Of a DNA stretch of 64,000 bases, positions 40,345 to 51,146 are shown in pieces. The notes below the pieces were generated by a model. The model was not told the origin of the DNA. It saw only the letters and a list, made by a program, of their open reading frames with translations, and searched no databases. The position numbers and the translations under genes are program-made. Numbering within the stretch: position 1 is the stretch's first letter; each line of letters opens with the position of its first letter. Location of the stretch: contig JANJGN010000002.1 in the NCBI GenBank assembly GCA_026770705.1, forward strand, positions 53,010,001-53,074,000. Direction: 5' to 3'. The stretch is from Isurus oxyrinchus (Eukaryota).

Positions 40345-40830
40345 AAGGGGTTATCTTATGAAGAAAGGTTAGGTCTGTATCCACTGGAGTTTAGAATGAG
40401 GGGCAATCTTATTGAAACATACAAAACCCCTTTTTTATATTCATTCATGAGATATGGGTATAGCTGGTTGGTCAGCATTTATTGCCCAGCCCTAACTGCC
40501 CTTGAGAAGGTCTTGAGTGGACTTGACAGGATGGATGCTGAAAGGGTGTTTCCCCTTTCTGGAGAGACTAGAACTAGGAGGGACACAGTTTAAAAATACA
40601 TTTAAGACAGAGATAAGGAGAATTTTTTTTCTCCTAGCGGGATGAGAGTCTGTGAAACTCTCTTCCCCATAGAGCAGCGCAGGCAGGGCCACTGAACATT
40701 TTTAAGGTAGGGTTAGATTGATTCCCCTGTTCATGAAGAATCTAAGGGTACGAGGGTAGGCAGGAAAGGAGGCTACAATCAGATCAGCCATGATCTTAAC
40801 AGCTCGAGGGCAATCCTGCTCCTAATTCAC
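40345..40830 (+). mobile_element. CR1 3' fragment with an inserted reverse LINE tail (about 40430-40511)
   Basis: KGLSYEERLGLYPLEFRMRGNLIETYK, then cagcatttattgccc...gcccttgagaagg, then GLDRMDAERVFPL. Confidence 0.8.
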
Positions 40831-42024
40831 ATGTCCGCTTAATAGTGACTACATTAAGTGATGAATAAGCCTAAATTTATTCTTTTAACGCCATTGATGA
40901 ACATGTACAACCCCATTTTTTCTTCTATTGTACATTACTTTAGATTAAATTTTACACAGAAATATATCACGAGAAACTCACCTACATATTTTTAGATCTT
41001 TGACCACCTCCATGGATTCAACTTACACCTCCCCATTCCCCCACAATCCCTTAACCATGATTAAGCCCCAATGATTTATAAAGCTTACAATTTTTATGGA
41101 ACAGGAAAATTCCTGATAAAAGTCTGAGTGAAGTCTGACAAACAGCCACAGAGGATCTTAGATCCGAAGCTATATTATTGAACATATAAATTATATTTTT
41201 CAACAAGATGAGACTAACTGTCAAGGAATAAGGCTCATTGGAATTGGGACAGCAAAATGCAGTCAGAATAATTTTATTGGTCCTTCAGGACCCAGTTAAA
41301 GTCCCACAATGATGATGCTTCTTACACCAATGCCTGGGATCGTGTGAAAGCTTTATCTGCTCAACTAGTGGAAACCTAAAGAATGCTGGTCATCATCACA
41401 TTGCTGTTTTGAATTTTTGCTGAGCACAAATTAGCCGCCTTCCTTCCTACATTACAACAGAGACTATACTTCAAAAAGTACTTTGCTGGCTGCAAAGCAC
41501 GTCAAGATGACCGGCGGTCATGAAAAGCGCTATATAAATGCAATTCTTTCTTTTAATATTCAAATTGATCATAAATTGGTCAAGTTTAAAGAAAATGGAT
41601 GAAGATTGTACGGATATATACAAGTTGATCAGAGACAATTAATTTCAGCAAATATATTAGGAGTTTCATCTATCTTGTAATCAAATTTATAAATAACTGG
41701 AAATTAGGGACATGCTGACTTTTCTTTGCAGAAGTCAGCAACCATTCAATTTCACAGAATTATGGAAATAAACTCTAATTTCTTAGAAAGAGCATACGAG
41801 GTGCCCAATACATCAGAGATGAATTAAGGGGTACAAAGAACATAGATGATTTGAGAACAAAATTTCCAGAATTTAAGTAAAATGCAGTACAATTATCTAA
41901 CAATATAATGACTTGAACAAGTCATCTTAATATAATGCGCCAACATTATGCCCAAGTAGGCTGGCAAGAATGAAATACCGGAAGAGAGGATAACATTTAA
42001 GGCTTGATGTGAACAGGAATTTGA

Positions 42025-43022
42025 TAAAAGCAAAATACTGCAGATGCTGGAAATATGAAACAAAAACAAAAATTGCTGGAAAAACTCAGCTGGTCTGACA
42101 GCATCTGTGGAGAGAAAGACAGAGTTAACGTTTCAAGTTCGTATGACTCTTCTTCAGAACTAAAGAGAAGTAAAAATGTGGTGAAATATATACTGTTGGG
42201 GGGGGGGGGGTACGACAGGTGAAGCTGGATAGAAGGCCAGCGATAGGTGGAAGCAAAGGAGAGTTTGCGAAAAATGTCATAAAGGTCAAAGGGGTGTTGA
42301 TGGTGTGATACTGGCGGTGCTAATGGCGACATTAATAGTAGAAAGCAGGATGAGCAAGTGACAGATGGGGGTGGGGTGGGGGGGAGGGGACGGTGTGGAA
42401 GAAAAGATCAAAATAGGCTAAAAGGTGGGGATAAAACAATGAATGGAAATAAATTTTTAAAATAATCATAGAAATAGGTGAGAAAAAAACACATGTAAGA
42501 ATTTAAAAATCAATATTTGAAAAAAGGGGATCAAAAAGGGCCAAGGATGGAGGAGAGAGTTCATGATCTGAAGTTGTTGAACTCAATATTAAGTCCGGAA
42601 GGCTGTAAAGTGCCTAGTCGGAAGATGAAGTGTTGTTCCTCCAGTTTGCGTTGAGCTTCACTGGAACATTGCTGCAGGCCAAGGACGGACATGTGGGAAT
42701 GAGAGCAGGGTGGTATGTTGAAATGGCAAGTGACAGGAAGGGCTGGGTCATGCTTGCGGACAGACCGAAGATGTTCAGCAAAATGGTCATCCAATCTGTG
42801 TTTAGTCTCTCCAATGTAGAGGAGGCTACATTTGGAGCAGCGAATGCAGTGGATCAAATTGAGGAAAGTGCAAGTGAAACGTTGCTTCACTTGAAAGGAG
42901 TGTTTGGGCCCTTTTGAGGGGGGGGTAAAGGGGCAGGTGTTGCACCTTCTGCGATTACATGGGAAGGTGCCATGGAAGGGGATTGAGGTGTTGGGGGTGA
43001 TGGAGGAGTGACCAGGTTGTCC
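42025..43022 (-). mobile_element. Penelope-like element 3' part with GIY-YIG endonuclease ORF
   Basis: ORF 42561-42890 NLIHCIRCSKCSLLYIGETKHRL..HFAEH...HFN...EEQHFIFRLGTLQPSGLN is the PLE-type GIY-YIG domain. Confidence 0.92.
42122..42161 (-). ncRNA. Minimal hammerhead ribozyme motif (PLE type)
   Basis: Minus strand AGUU-CUGAAGA-A-GAGUC auac GAACUU-GAAAC-GUU-AACU: stem I AGUU/AACU, both conserved core boxes, imperfect stem II, loopless palindromic stem III. Confidence 0.7.
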
Positions 43023-44287
43023 CCTTTGGTATTCTCTTAGGCAGTCTCCCTTTTGGAAAGCAGTAACAAATGCAATGGCCCAGAGTTTGCAGTAATAATG
43101 AGGTCAAAGCTGTCAGCCTTCGTCATCATTACTCCTCTGAAACTGACAGCAACACTGGAGTCCCTACATGTGTACCATCAGCGAATCTACAATTCTCCAT
43201 TGTGTGCTACTGAAATCTCTGCAGACTGTCACCAATTAGAAATCACTGAACTGATGAGCACCCGCTCTTTTATGTTATTTGTCTTGCTCATTGAATGATA
43301 TGTAACTGGGTTTTTAAGTTCATAATTACTGTGGAAGAACATCTCTGGGCCCAAAAAATTAATTTTATATTTGTGCACTATCAAATTTCTCCTTGTAATA
43401 AAAAATAAACATTTTTTTCTTAAATTACAATGTTTCAGCTTCTAGCTTAAACTATGTGTATGCCCCATTTATTTCAGTCTTTGCAAAATTTAATTCAAAG
43501 TGAAAGATAATCTGGACATTTTGCTTCCATCCTCCTGCTGTTAGAATACTTCAATGTGATTGGCTGTTTGCCCTGCTTGATGATATCACTCTTGCTTGGC
43601 ACAAAGAGATCCCCTTAGCACCAAATTCAAACAAATGCAAGGAAAGGGGAAATCCATGCCACAGAGATGGCCTTGGTAGCTTTCTTCGAGCTCAGCAGCA
43701 AGTGCCTTTGCTTCACCGACCTCATATCAAGGGCTACAGCAAGAAGAAACATGGATACAAAAGTATGTATTCAGTGCCAAATCTACTGAATGTTCTGGAA
43801 ATGTCACGTACTCACAGAATGAGTTGGTACATGTTTGTGCCAGTATATGACATGCTGCTACTGAGAATCATTACATTGTTAACTGCTTCTTAGTGGGAAA
43901 ATACATTAGAAAATAATCATTTTGAACAATTGTTTTTCACAGGCAAGAAGAAACTAAATGTACTACACCAAATTTGGGGAGGGCTCATGAAATCCCTTGT
44001 TGTCTGGTAAATTATGGTCCTTTGTACTGTAAACTAGAGGAGACAGTTGTTATTCTCCTTCCAGCTGCACACACAAAATACCAAATTGCCATGGTCCCAA
44101 GTTTTCATTATTCCCACCCCCAAATACAATCAAAATTATTCTTAGTTTGTTCATATATCAAAATCAATTGTTATTTCTAATCTTATGTGCAGAATCATTC
44201 CAGAAAATAAGCCACATTAGATGTTTAAAATACTATCAGCTACAATATCTAACTCAGCAGCACAGTCAATGTTCGATAGCTCATTAC

Positions 44288-44323
44288 CTCCTGGACCTCC
44301 TCTGGATTTCTTCTTGAAACAAC
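44288..44323 (-). CDS. RPS6KC1: RPS6KC1 coding exon 2 (36-nt microexon)
   Basis: ctag|GTT...GAG|gtaatg; encodes VVSRRNPEEVQE (human VVSRRNPEDVQE). Too short for the ORF track. Confidence 0.95.
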
Positions 44324-44640
44324 CTAGTTTAAAAAAAAACATATTAATGAATCTGAAAGACGTCATATATCCAGTAAATTACTAAATATCAATTAAGAAC
44401 ATCCAATTACAAATCACACGTTGTTCAAAATACATTATTAGTCTCACAACATGGTGCATTACAGCACCACCTCATCTGGGTGAACATGTTCAATTGCAGA
44501 CAGACAAAATTCATTTTAACCCAGCTGCAGGAATTAAACAAGCATCTTCTGGATTGAAGCATTGTGAATGACGTAATGCTGTAATACAGTGACACGGAAA
44601 GGCCAATGCAAAGTAACCAATATACTAGGCAGCACCAAGT

Positions 44641-44740
44641 GCTCTGAAGAAGGGTCATAAAGACTCGAAACGCTAACTCTGTTTCTCTCTCCACAGATGT
44701 TGTCAGACCTGCTGAGTTGTTCCAGCGTTTTCTGTTTTTA
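44641..44740 (+). mobile_element. Penelope terminal unit with hammerhead-like motif in RPS6KC1 intron 1
   Basis: CTGAAGA A GGGTC ataaa GACTC GAAAC GCT AACTC; the cleavage triplet is mutated (GCU). Confidence 0.75.
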
Positions 44741-44899
44741 TTAATGCTTATCACAACAGTTTGAAATACACCGAACCTCTAGCACCTGATACTACCAATT
44801 GTTGGAACAATAAACTAGTGGATCGCGTAACTTCCATGAGTAATTTGACAGATTTTTTTTTGTGTGGGGCAGTAATATGACATGCTTGTCTACTGACAG

Positions 44900-45390
44900 T
44901 GGCTGGGCTGCTGTTCGCTCTCACTCTTACAGCTTGCAAGATGCACGCTCTCCCAGGGCCCGTGTTGTAATTGTCCCGGGCGCGTTCTCTTTTGGAACCC
45001 GGGTAAGCCCAGCGGTGCCTGGCCCGGCTCGAGCCCAGCCCAGCCCAGCCCAGGCACCCTGCCGGGTTGTCTCAACTGCAAACATCTTTCCACGCACACA
45101 CAAAGCACCAAGACAGCTGGCTGCACTGGAACCCCTTCCATCCCTATGCTCAAAGGATGGACTCACCCGTGCCGTCACTTTATAAACCGTGTAGCCTTTC
45201 CTGTGTCTCTTCGGATCGGTTATCGTGTAAAAGCGAGCCAGCTCCCCTTTGTTTCTCTGTGATAACATGATCTGTCAACCCCTAACCGCAGCGTCTGTAT
45301 TTAAGGTACTGTCTCCCTTTTTACATCATTTCCTCATTCACTTATCCCCGCCACCTACTTCCTGTACGTCTGTTCTGAGGTCTTCCCCCT
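44900..45390 (-). promoter_or_regulatory. CpG-rich promoter/first-exon region of RPS6KC1
   Basis: Locally high GC and CpG around exon 1; GC box CCCCGCC near 45346 and ETS-like ACTTCCTG near 45357 upstream of the ATG; (GCCCA)4 tract at about 45032-45053 in intron 1. Confidence 0.6.
45167..45268 (-). CDS. RPS6KC1: RPS6KC1 coding exon 1 (start of PX domain)
   Basis: ATG at 45268 gives MLSQRNKGELARFYTITDPKRHRKGYTVYKVTAR, closely resembling the vertebrate RPS6KC1 N-terminus (LARFYTVTEPQRHPRGYTVYKVTAR). 102 nt, phase-0 donor CGG|gtgagt, in CpG-rich sequence. Confidence 0.95.
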
Positions 45391-45985
45391 TGTCCTTTGA
45401 TTTCATGTAGAGAGGAGTTTGCATTATTATTGTTCCATGTGGTGTGTAAAATGGCTACTCCTCTCCCCCCAACCTTTAATTATATAAAATTACATCAGAG
45501 GTCACATGAATATGGCAAGCCACAATATACAAAGGTATTCATCCAAACATCCTACTTTTCACAAAAAGATAAAATATATCATGCTCTATCGTTTGCAAGT
45601 TAGTCAACATGCATAGACCATAAAGAAAATTATGACACATGAACAAAAAACTGTTTGCTCTTTCTAATCTGTTCCAATTTCATCTGCCCCTACACATGCA
45701 TTGCACAATTGGGGCAGAATTTTCTGTTCTGGAGACTAAGGGCAGTGGTGGGCAGAATAATCAGCTTGTTTCCCGCTAGGCAGTGGGGCAATTCTCGCTC
45801 TCGATTGTAAGCTTGGAACCTCATTAAGTATACACTGGCAAGCCGCTCTCCGAATCACATGGCAGGGCGTGCACTGATTCATCCGCCCAACCTTAAGGAC
45901 CTGAAGGTATTGGTGACATATATGAATGCCACCCAGACACATATATTCACTCTCTGCAGCACAACTGTGTGGTGTCCACTCACTA

Positions 45986-46580
45986 TGATGGCCCCTAGGA
46001 GAAGGAAGCCCTGCATCCCAACATTCAGCCATGACTCCTTGGTGGCTCTACTGAATGCCGTCCACAAACGTCGTGATGTCCTATTCCTGAGGGATGAAAC
46101 CAGGAGGTCCACCACCCTCACCTCGCCAGCCTGGCAGTATGTCGCCATGGAGGTCAATGCCATTAGGACGCAAAAAGAAATGCTCCGTCAGGGTAAGTCA
46201 ACCTTCTGCTCACTCTGGACTCACTCTCACAATGGTATCAGGCACTCTAAGGGTTAAACTCCACAGGCATCTCACACACTTATAGCGGATGGGACTTCAG
46301 CACTGAATGTCTCACACACACTTTAACATCACCACCATCTCATGTGATATCCTGCGCAAACGGCATCTTCAGCCCTTAATGGAGAGGGCTCAGCACACAC
46401 AGCAGGCATGCATGCTTCCCAACTTCTCCAACTATTCACATCACATTCCATCCATCTTTCTTCATGCAGGCCAAGCTACCCCACAACAGGCAGGAGAGAT
46501 CCCAGACAGGAAGAGGGACGCCTGAAATCCAGAAGCTCACTCCCTTTGAGGAGAATGCTGCCGAATTGGCAGAGATCGCT
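45986..46580 (+). pseudogene. Harbinger Myb/SANT-like (MSANTD/NAIF1-type) ORF relic, two exons
   Basis: PTFSHDSLVALLNAVHKRRDVLF...AWQYVAMEVNA, donor gtaagt at 46193, acceptor catgcag| at 46469, then AKLPHNRQERSQTGRGTPEIQKLTPFEENAAELA. The exon phases disagree, implying a deletion. Confidence 0.75.
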
Positions 46581-46974
46581 CTTGTGGCAAAGGCATGATC
46601 AGCCTCCCCCATCAACCCTGTACAGATGAGCCACGCCACCTTGAAGCTTCCCTCCCAGCATGTCATCACCCTGACTTGGACATGTCCTGGAGTTCAAACA
46701 CTGCGCCCAGGTGCAGCTCCTCCAGGTTGCCCCCAAACCAGTCATGTGGCACTCAGTGTAACACATGCTGCGGAAGCAAAACACATCTCTTCATCACCCT
46801 CTCAGGCTGACCTTAGCATAGGCAATATCTGCTGGCCCACCCAGCAAAGGACAAATGCCGTCAATGATTCAACGCAGTCACTACACTCAGGCTTGTAGGG
46901 TGGGGGGGTGGTGGCAGGTGGCAGCAGGGGGGTAAGCCGAGCTGCTGGGTTAAATGACCAATGCTGACATGGGT

Positions 46975-47483
46975 GCTCATCCTGCCAGAGCACAACAAGT
47001 CATTGAAGCACTTGTGACACTGGAGCCAGGTGCGCCGCACCACGTCGCGGGAGCTCACCACCTCCGCTACCTCCTCCCAGGCATATGTCGTCATGTGGGG
47101 GGGCCTCCTACTCCCATCCTGGGGAACCAGCAGCTCCCACCGTGCTGGTGGCAGCAAGGCATTCATCCAAAAAACAAGGGGCACATGCCCCCCACCCTAC
47201 CTTCCAGCCTGGCCTGTCCCGCTGCCCTAGCCTCCGGACTGGCCTGCTCACCAAATGCCCTCTGGTGAGCCCTTTCACTTGCTATTGTGAGCAGCCTTGC
47301 AAAGGCTGCCAGTGCTTCATATAAACAGGCTGCCGAGTCGCCAATGGACCTGGCGGACAGTGCACTCCTGCCACCGCCCGCCCACTTCTGCTATCCTCAG
47401 GATAGCACTACGCTGGGTGGGTCATAATTGGCCCGCCCACGTTAAATGGTGATGCGGACCCGCCAACCAGAAAATTCAGCCCC
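46975..47483 (-). mobile_element. Second Harbinger 5' end with Myb/SANT ORF fragment
   Basis: TIR (reverse complement GGGGCTGAATTTTCTG) ends at 47483; peptide AWEEVAEVVSSRDVVRRTWLQCHKCFNDL is a classic Myb/SANT-trihelix motif. Confidence 0.8.
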
Positions 47484-50400
47484 TAGATTAAGCTCGGGGT
47501 CATTTTCTGACGAGCACCTCACTGACATGTCTCTGTGACAGTCAGACGCAGTCACTGACAGCCCAGGTCTCCGGCACTCAGAGGACTGCTGGAGAACAGG
47601 CACCTTCTGAGTCCAAGTAAGATGATGAGCCTCTGAAAACGGCTGTTGCTAACATGCTGGAAATGCAAAGACAAGCGGTGGAACATCAGGCAGAACGCGA
47701 GAGGCAGTCAACAGACTAGAACAAAGCATAAAGGAGTCTGATTGTGTTCTTTCTGATGTCATGGCTCTGACATGTGAACGCCTCAAAGTCACCATGGGAA
47801 GGGTGGTGGCTGCCTTGGAGACCCTGATCCAGCAGGTTCTGCCAGATTTGCACTTGGGCCTGCACACCACCACTCTAGGCATAGGTGGGATACATCAGTG
47901 TCTAGGCGAGATGGGTCGGGGCATCTCAAACTTCTTCGAGGTTTGCTTTCTCCTCAAGAAGTCAGGTAGGGGCCCTCGAGCACCCAGATGGAGGAGGACC
48001 ATCAGCTGGATACCCAGGTCCACCTACCCAGCAGACTCCAAGAATGTCCAGCTGCTCCCAATTCCTTCAATCTGTGACCCCATCAGCTCCAGCTGCACAG
48101 GCCGAGGAGGGTTAGAAAAATTAAGTACTGAGAACACAATAGTGGCTTGGGCATTCACTCACCGTGTATATCATGCACCTTTGTAAAAACAGTTTGATTT
48201 CATGATAATGGTTTCAGCATGTGAATGCCTCTTGCATATAAATTGATGTGCCTTCTTATTGCAAGGATGGCTCAGCTCCCACTCCACAATTGCTTCCTTT
48301 TGAATCCCTCGGATCCATGATGTTTTGCAGACTCATGTCAGTCACTCGCCCCTTAAATCATGTAAGAGAGTGTCGAGCCATATCCTGAAAGTGAATGTAC
48401 ATTGAGATTTGATCCTTTAAACCTTGCAACACATGTGTGCTCATGTGTCTTGGAGAGTTAAATCTAATGTTGTGTCATTAACAGTGAGCAGTGTTTGTTG
48501 TGAGTGTGAAAGCACATGCCCTGTAGCCATTATGGTCTCTGAAATTGTCTCCTTCAGGTGTCAATGACTGCAATATGTGAAGTTGATGCAGAGTGCGTGT
48601 TGGTGTGCTGTCTTTCACCTCACACACCAGCTATAAGCAGCTTTGGGTGCTGACCTTTCCAAGAACAATCCTTGAGGATTACAAGTCCAAGGCCGAATGC
48701 TGACCTTGCTTCCAATGTCACTACTTGTATAGGCCTTTCCGATCAATGGCATTGTGCTAAGGGACTGGAGAAATGTGCTTGGGTCCCCTTGACTGGACCT
48801 AACTCCTGTTTGAACCTTGAGGCTATCAGTATATCATGGGCACATCTTCCCCATCATGTCACTGCGATTTCATCCTTCCATGGAAGCTGACCATCATCGC
48901 CCTCCTCAGGTTCCTGCCCTTCCAAGTCCTCATCAACATCGGGCCCTTCTTCTCCTCCTCAGTGTGAGCACTGCCATCAAGAAGGTAACATTGACCACAA
49001 CCTCCAGTCTGCAATCCTCCTTCTTCCTGTGGACGGATAGATCAAAGGCATGAATGTAGCTTACCGTACAATTACAGACCTCCCACTCCAAGCCAGAAAG
49101 CCAATGTCATGACCTTAGGCTGTGGTTGCACTACCTGCCTTTCCCTGTTCCACCCTTATAGATGAGGCACTCCCTCACTGATCGTAGGTACCCCAACAAA
49201 TTGACATCTCAATCTCATATAGGATGGAAGAGGATTGAGCACAGCCATGTAATCTTGAGCCTCACTAAAGGCACTCATATAATGCCTGATTTGGAATTGA
49301 GGTTACCCCTGCCTTGCATCTTTAGAATGATTGGAAGCCTTGTGCCCTCTGACCTATGTCACATGGACAATGCAGTTTGCAGGGTTTGATGGAGCTTCTT
49401 GCATACATCCAGCAGCTGTGCTCCCTTAATGATTGGCCGCCTCTCCCCTTCTCACATTCCTCTGATGGTGAAATGCTCAGTGAGACCACCTCTAATGTGA
49501 TCCCATTGCATAGTGTAGTCTCATGTAAAAGTGCACCATGAGTTACTGGTTCCAACTCTAACATTTCAATAAAGTCTTATATGAGATTGCCCCTTGAAAG
49601 GGTCCCACAGTCCAGCCATGGACTCCTCCCATCCCTCATTTTTTAACTCCATCAGTGATTCAGGTCCTCAACATGGTGGTGCTGCATTTCTACTTCCAGA
49701 CCATGTTCAACCCTCCCCCTGTCACCATTCACATCCCTCTGATCCTCCTGGAACCCCACGATGTGTAGGTAGACCTCCCTCCAGTCACTCTCCAGCCTCC
49801 ACTAGTAACCATGGAGCCTATTGTGATTGCTGCGGACATTCTTGCCCTGCCCACTGAACTCATCACTGTGGATATCCCCAAGTCCCATGTGAACCTCACC
49901 CCTCCCCATCTTGAGGCCACCTGAATGGTCATCTTCAGAGACACACCCCTCCTCCCCGTCACCACCAGAGTTTTGAAGCACCCCACCACCTCCACCCCAC
50001 CCCGAACACCCACTTTGTTACATTTTCTCTATTTAGAGGCTGCAGATGCTGCCTTGGACCATGATTATTCCATCTGTTGCCTAGTATTGAGCTAACCACT
50101 CCCAGGACCACCAAGTGTGAGACAATGACCACACCTGCATACCAAGCTGTGCTTGACCCCCAGGTCTTGCTCCTCCCTGGACCAGGACCACACTGTACGT
50201 GCAATGAATAACCCTGCAGCATGGCCCACAAAGCCCCAGGACTGCCTTTAATCTGTTGCCACGAGCATTTGGTCTCAGCCCCAGGACTATGACACTGATA
50301 CTTATTCCCCACTTCCTTCAGAACTGCCCCACACCCCAGTCTGGAATCTGCGTGCACCCCCTCGATGTCATGCTCCAGCTCTCCCACCCCCGTCACCTCA

Positions 50401-51146
50401 CTGTCTGCCATTCCACACCCCTTATTCCTAGTACCCCCCCCAGCACCTCCTCTGCCCCAGTCATCCCTCTGCCTGCCCTCCCCCCCTCCCTCCCATGTTC
50501 CCTTCACTCTCCTTTGTGCCTATTCCCACACCCCGCACCCCTACTTCCCCATTCTCATTCTGGTCTTTGCTGGTAGACTGCAGCCCTGCCTGTGCCCTGC
50601 AGCACCCAATATGTGCAGTCCTGCCTGCGCCTCACAGCACAACAGAGAACTATTTAGTGCAGTCAAAGACCACGTTGATGGAATGGTTGATAGTTAAATG
50701 CTGCAGAAAGCTCTGACAGCATAACTGTCTCCAACAAAAGAGAATCTAACCATTGCCCCTTGACATTCAATGGCATTACCATTGCTAAATCCCCTGCTAT
50801 CAACATCCTGGGGGTTACCATTGACCAGAAACTGAACTGGACTAGCCATATAAATACTGTGGCTACAAGAGCAGGTCAGAGGTAGGAATCCTGTGGCGAG
50901 TAAGTCACCGCCTGATTCCCCAAAGCCTGTCTACCATCTACAAGGCACAGGTAAGAGTATGATGGAATATATGGTGCTCCACAGCACCACTACTGACTGA
51001 GCTGGCCAAGTCCTAAAGGACATAGCTGCTAGACTGGGTCTGTGGCAGGTGGCAAGGGAAAAACATACTTGACCTCATTCTCACCAACCTGCCGGTAGGA
51101 GTGACCACTGCTAAGTCCTTGTGGAGACAAAGTCCCATCTTCACAT

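Larger units (their letters stand above)
45711..50700. mobile_element. Degenerate PIF/Harbinger complex (Myb/SANT ORF relics, convergent transposase tail, nested copy)
   Basis: TIR GGGGCAGAATTTTCTG at 45711; spliced Myb/SANT-like gene on plus; coiled-coil-like C-terminus at about 47620-47880; acidic transposase-like tail on minus at about 48810-48980. Right boundary uncertain. Confidence 0.65.

Noticed and set aside
43075-43736. Additional MITE (ggcccagagtttgc...tatcaagggc)
   Set aside because: Termini too degenerate and no TSD; it looks repeat-like but cannot be supported from this window alone.
44927-45166. Read-through of exon 1 as a 113-aa protein
   Set aside because: Homology stops at VTAR, where a consensus donor sits; the remainder is intron 1.
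45711-47483. Single intact transposon defined by the TIR pair
   Set aside because: No matching 3-bp TSD, and the plus-strand Myb gene continues beyond 47483; nesting explains it better.
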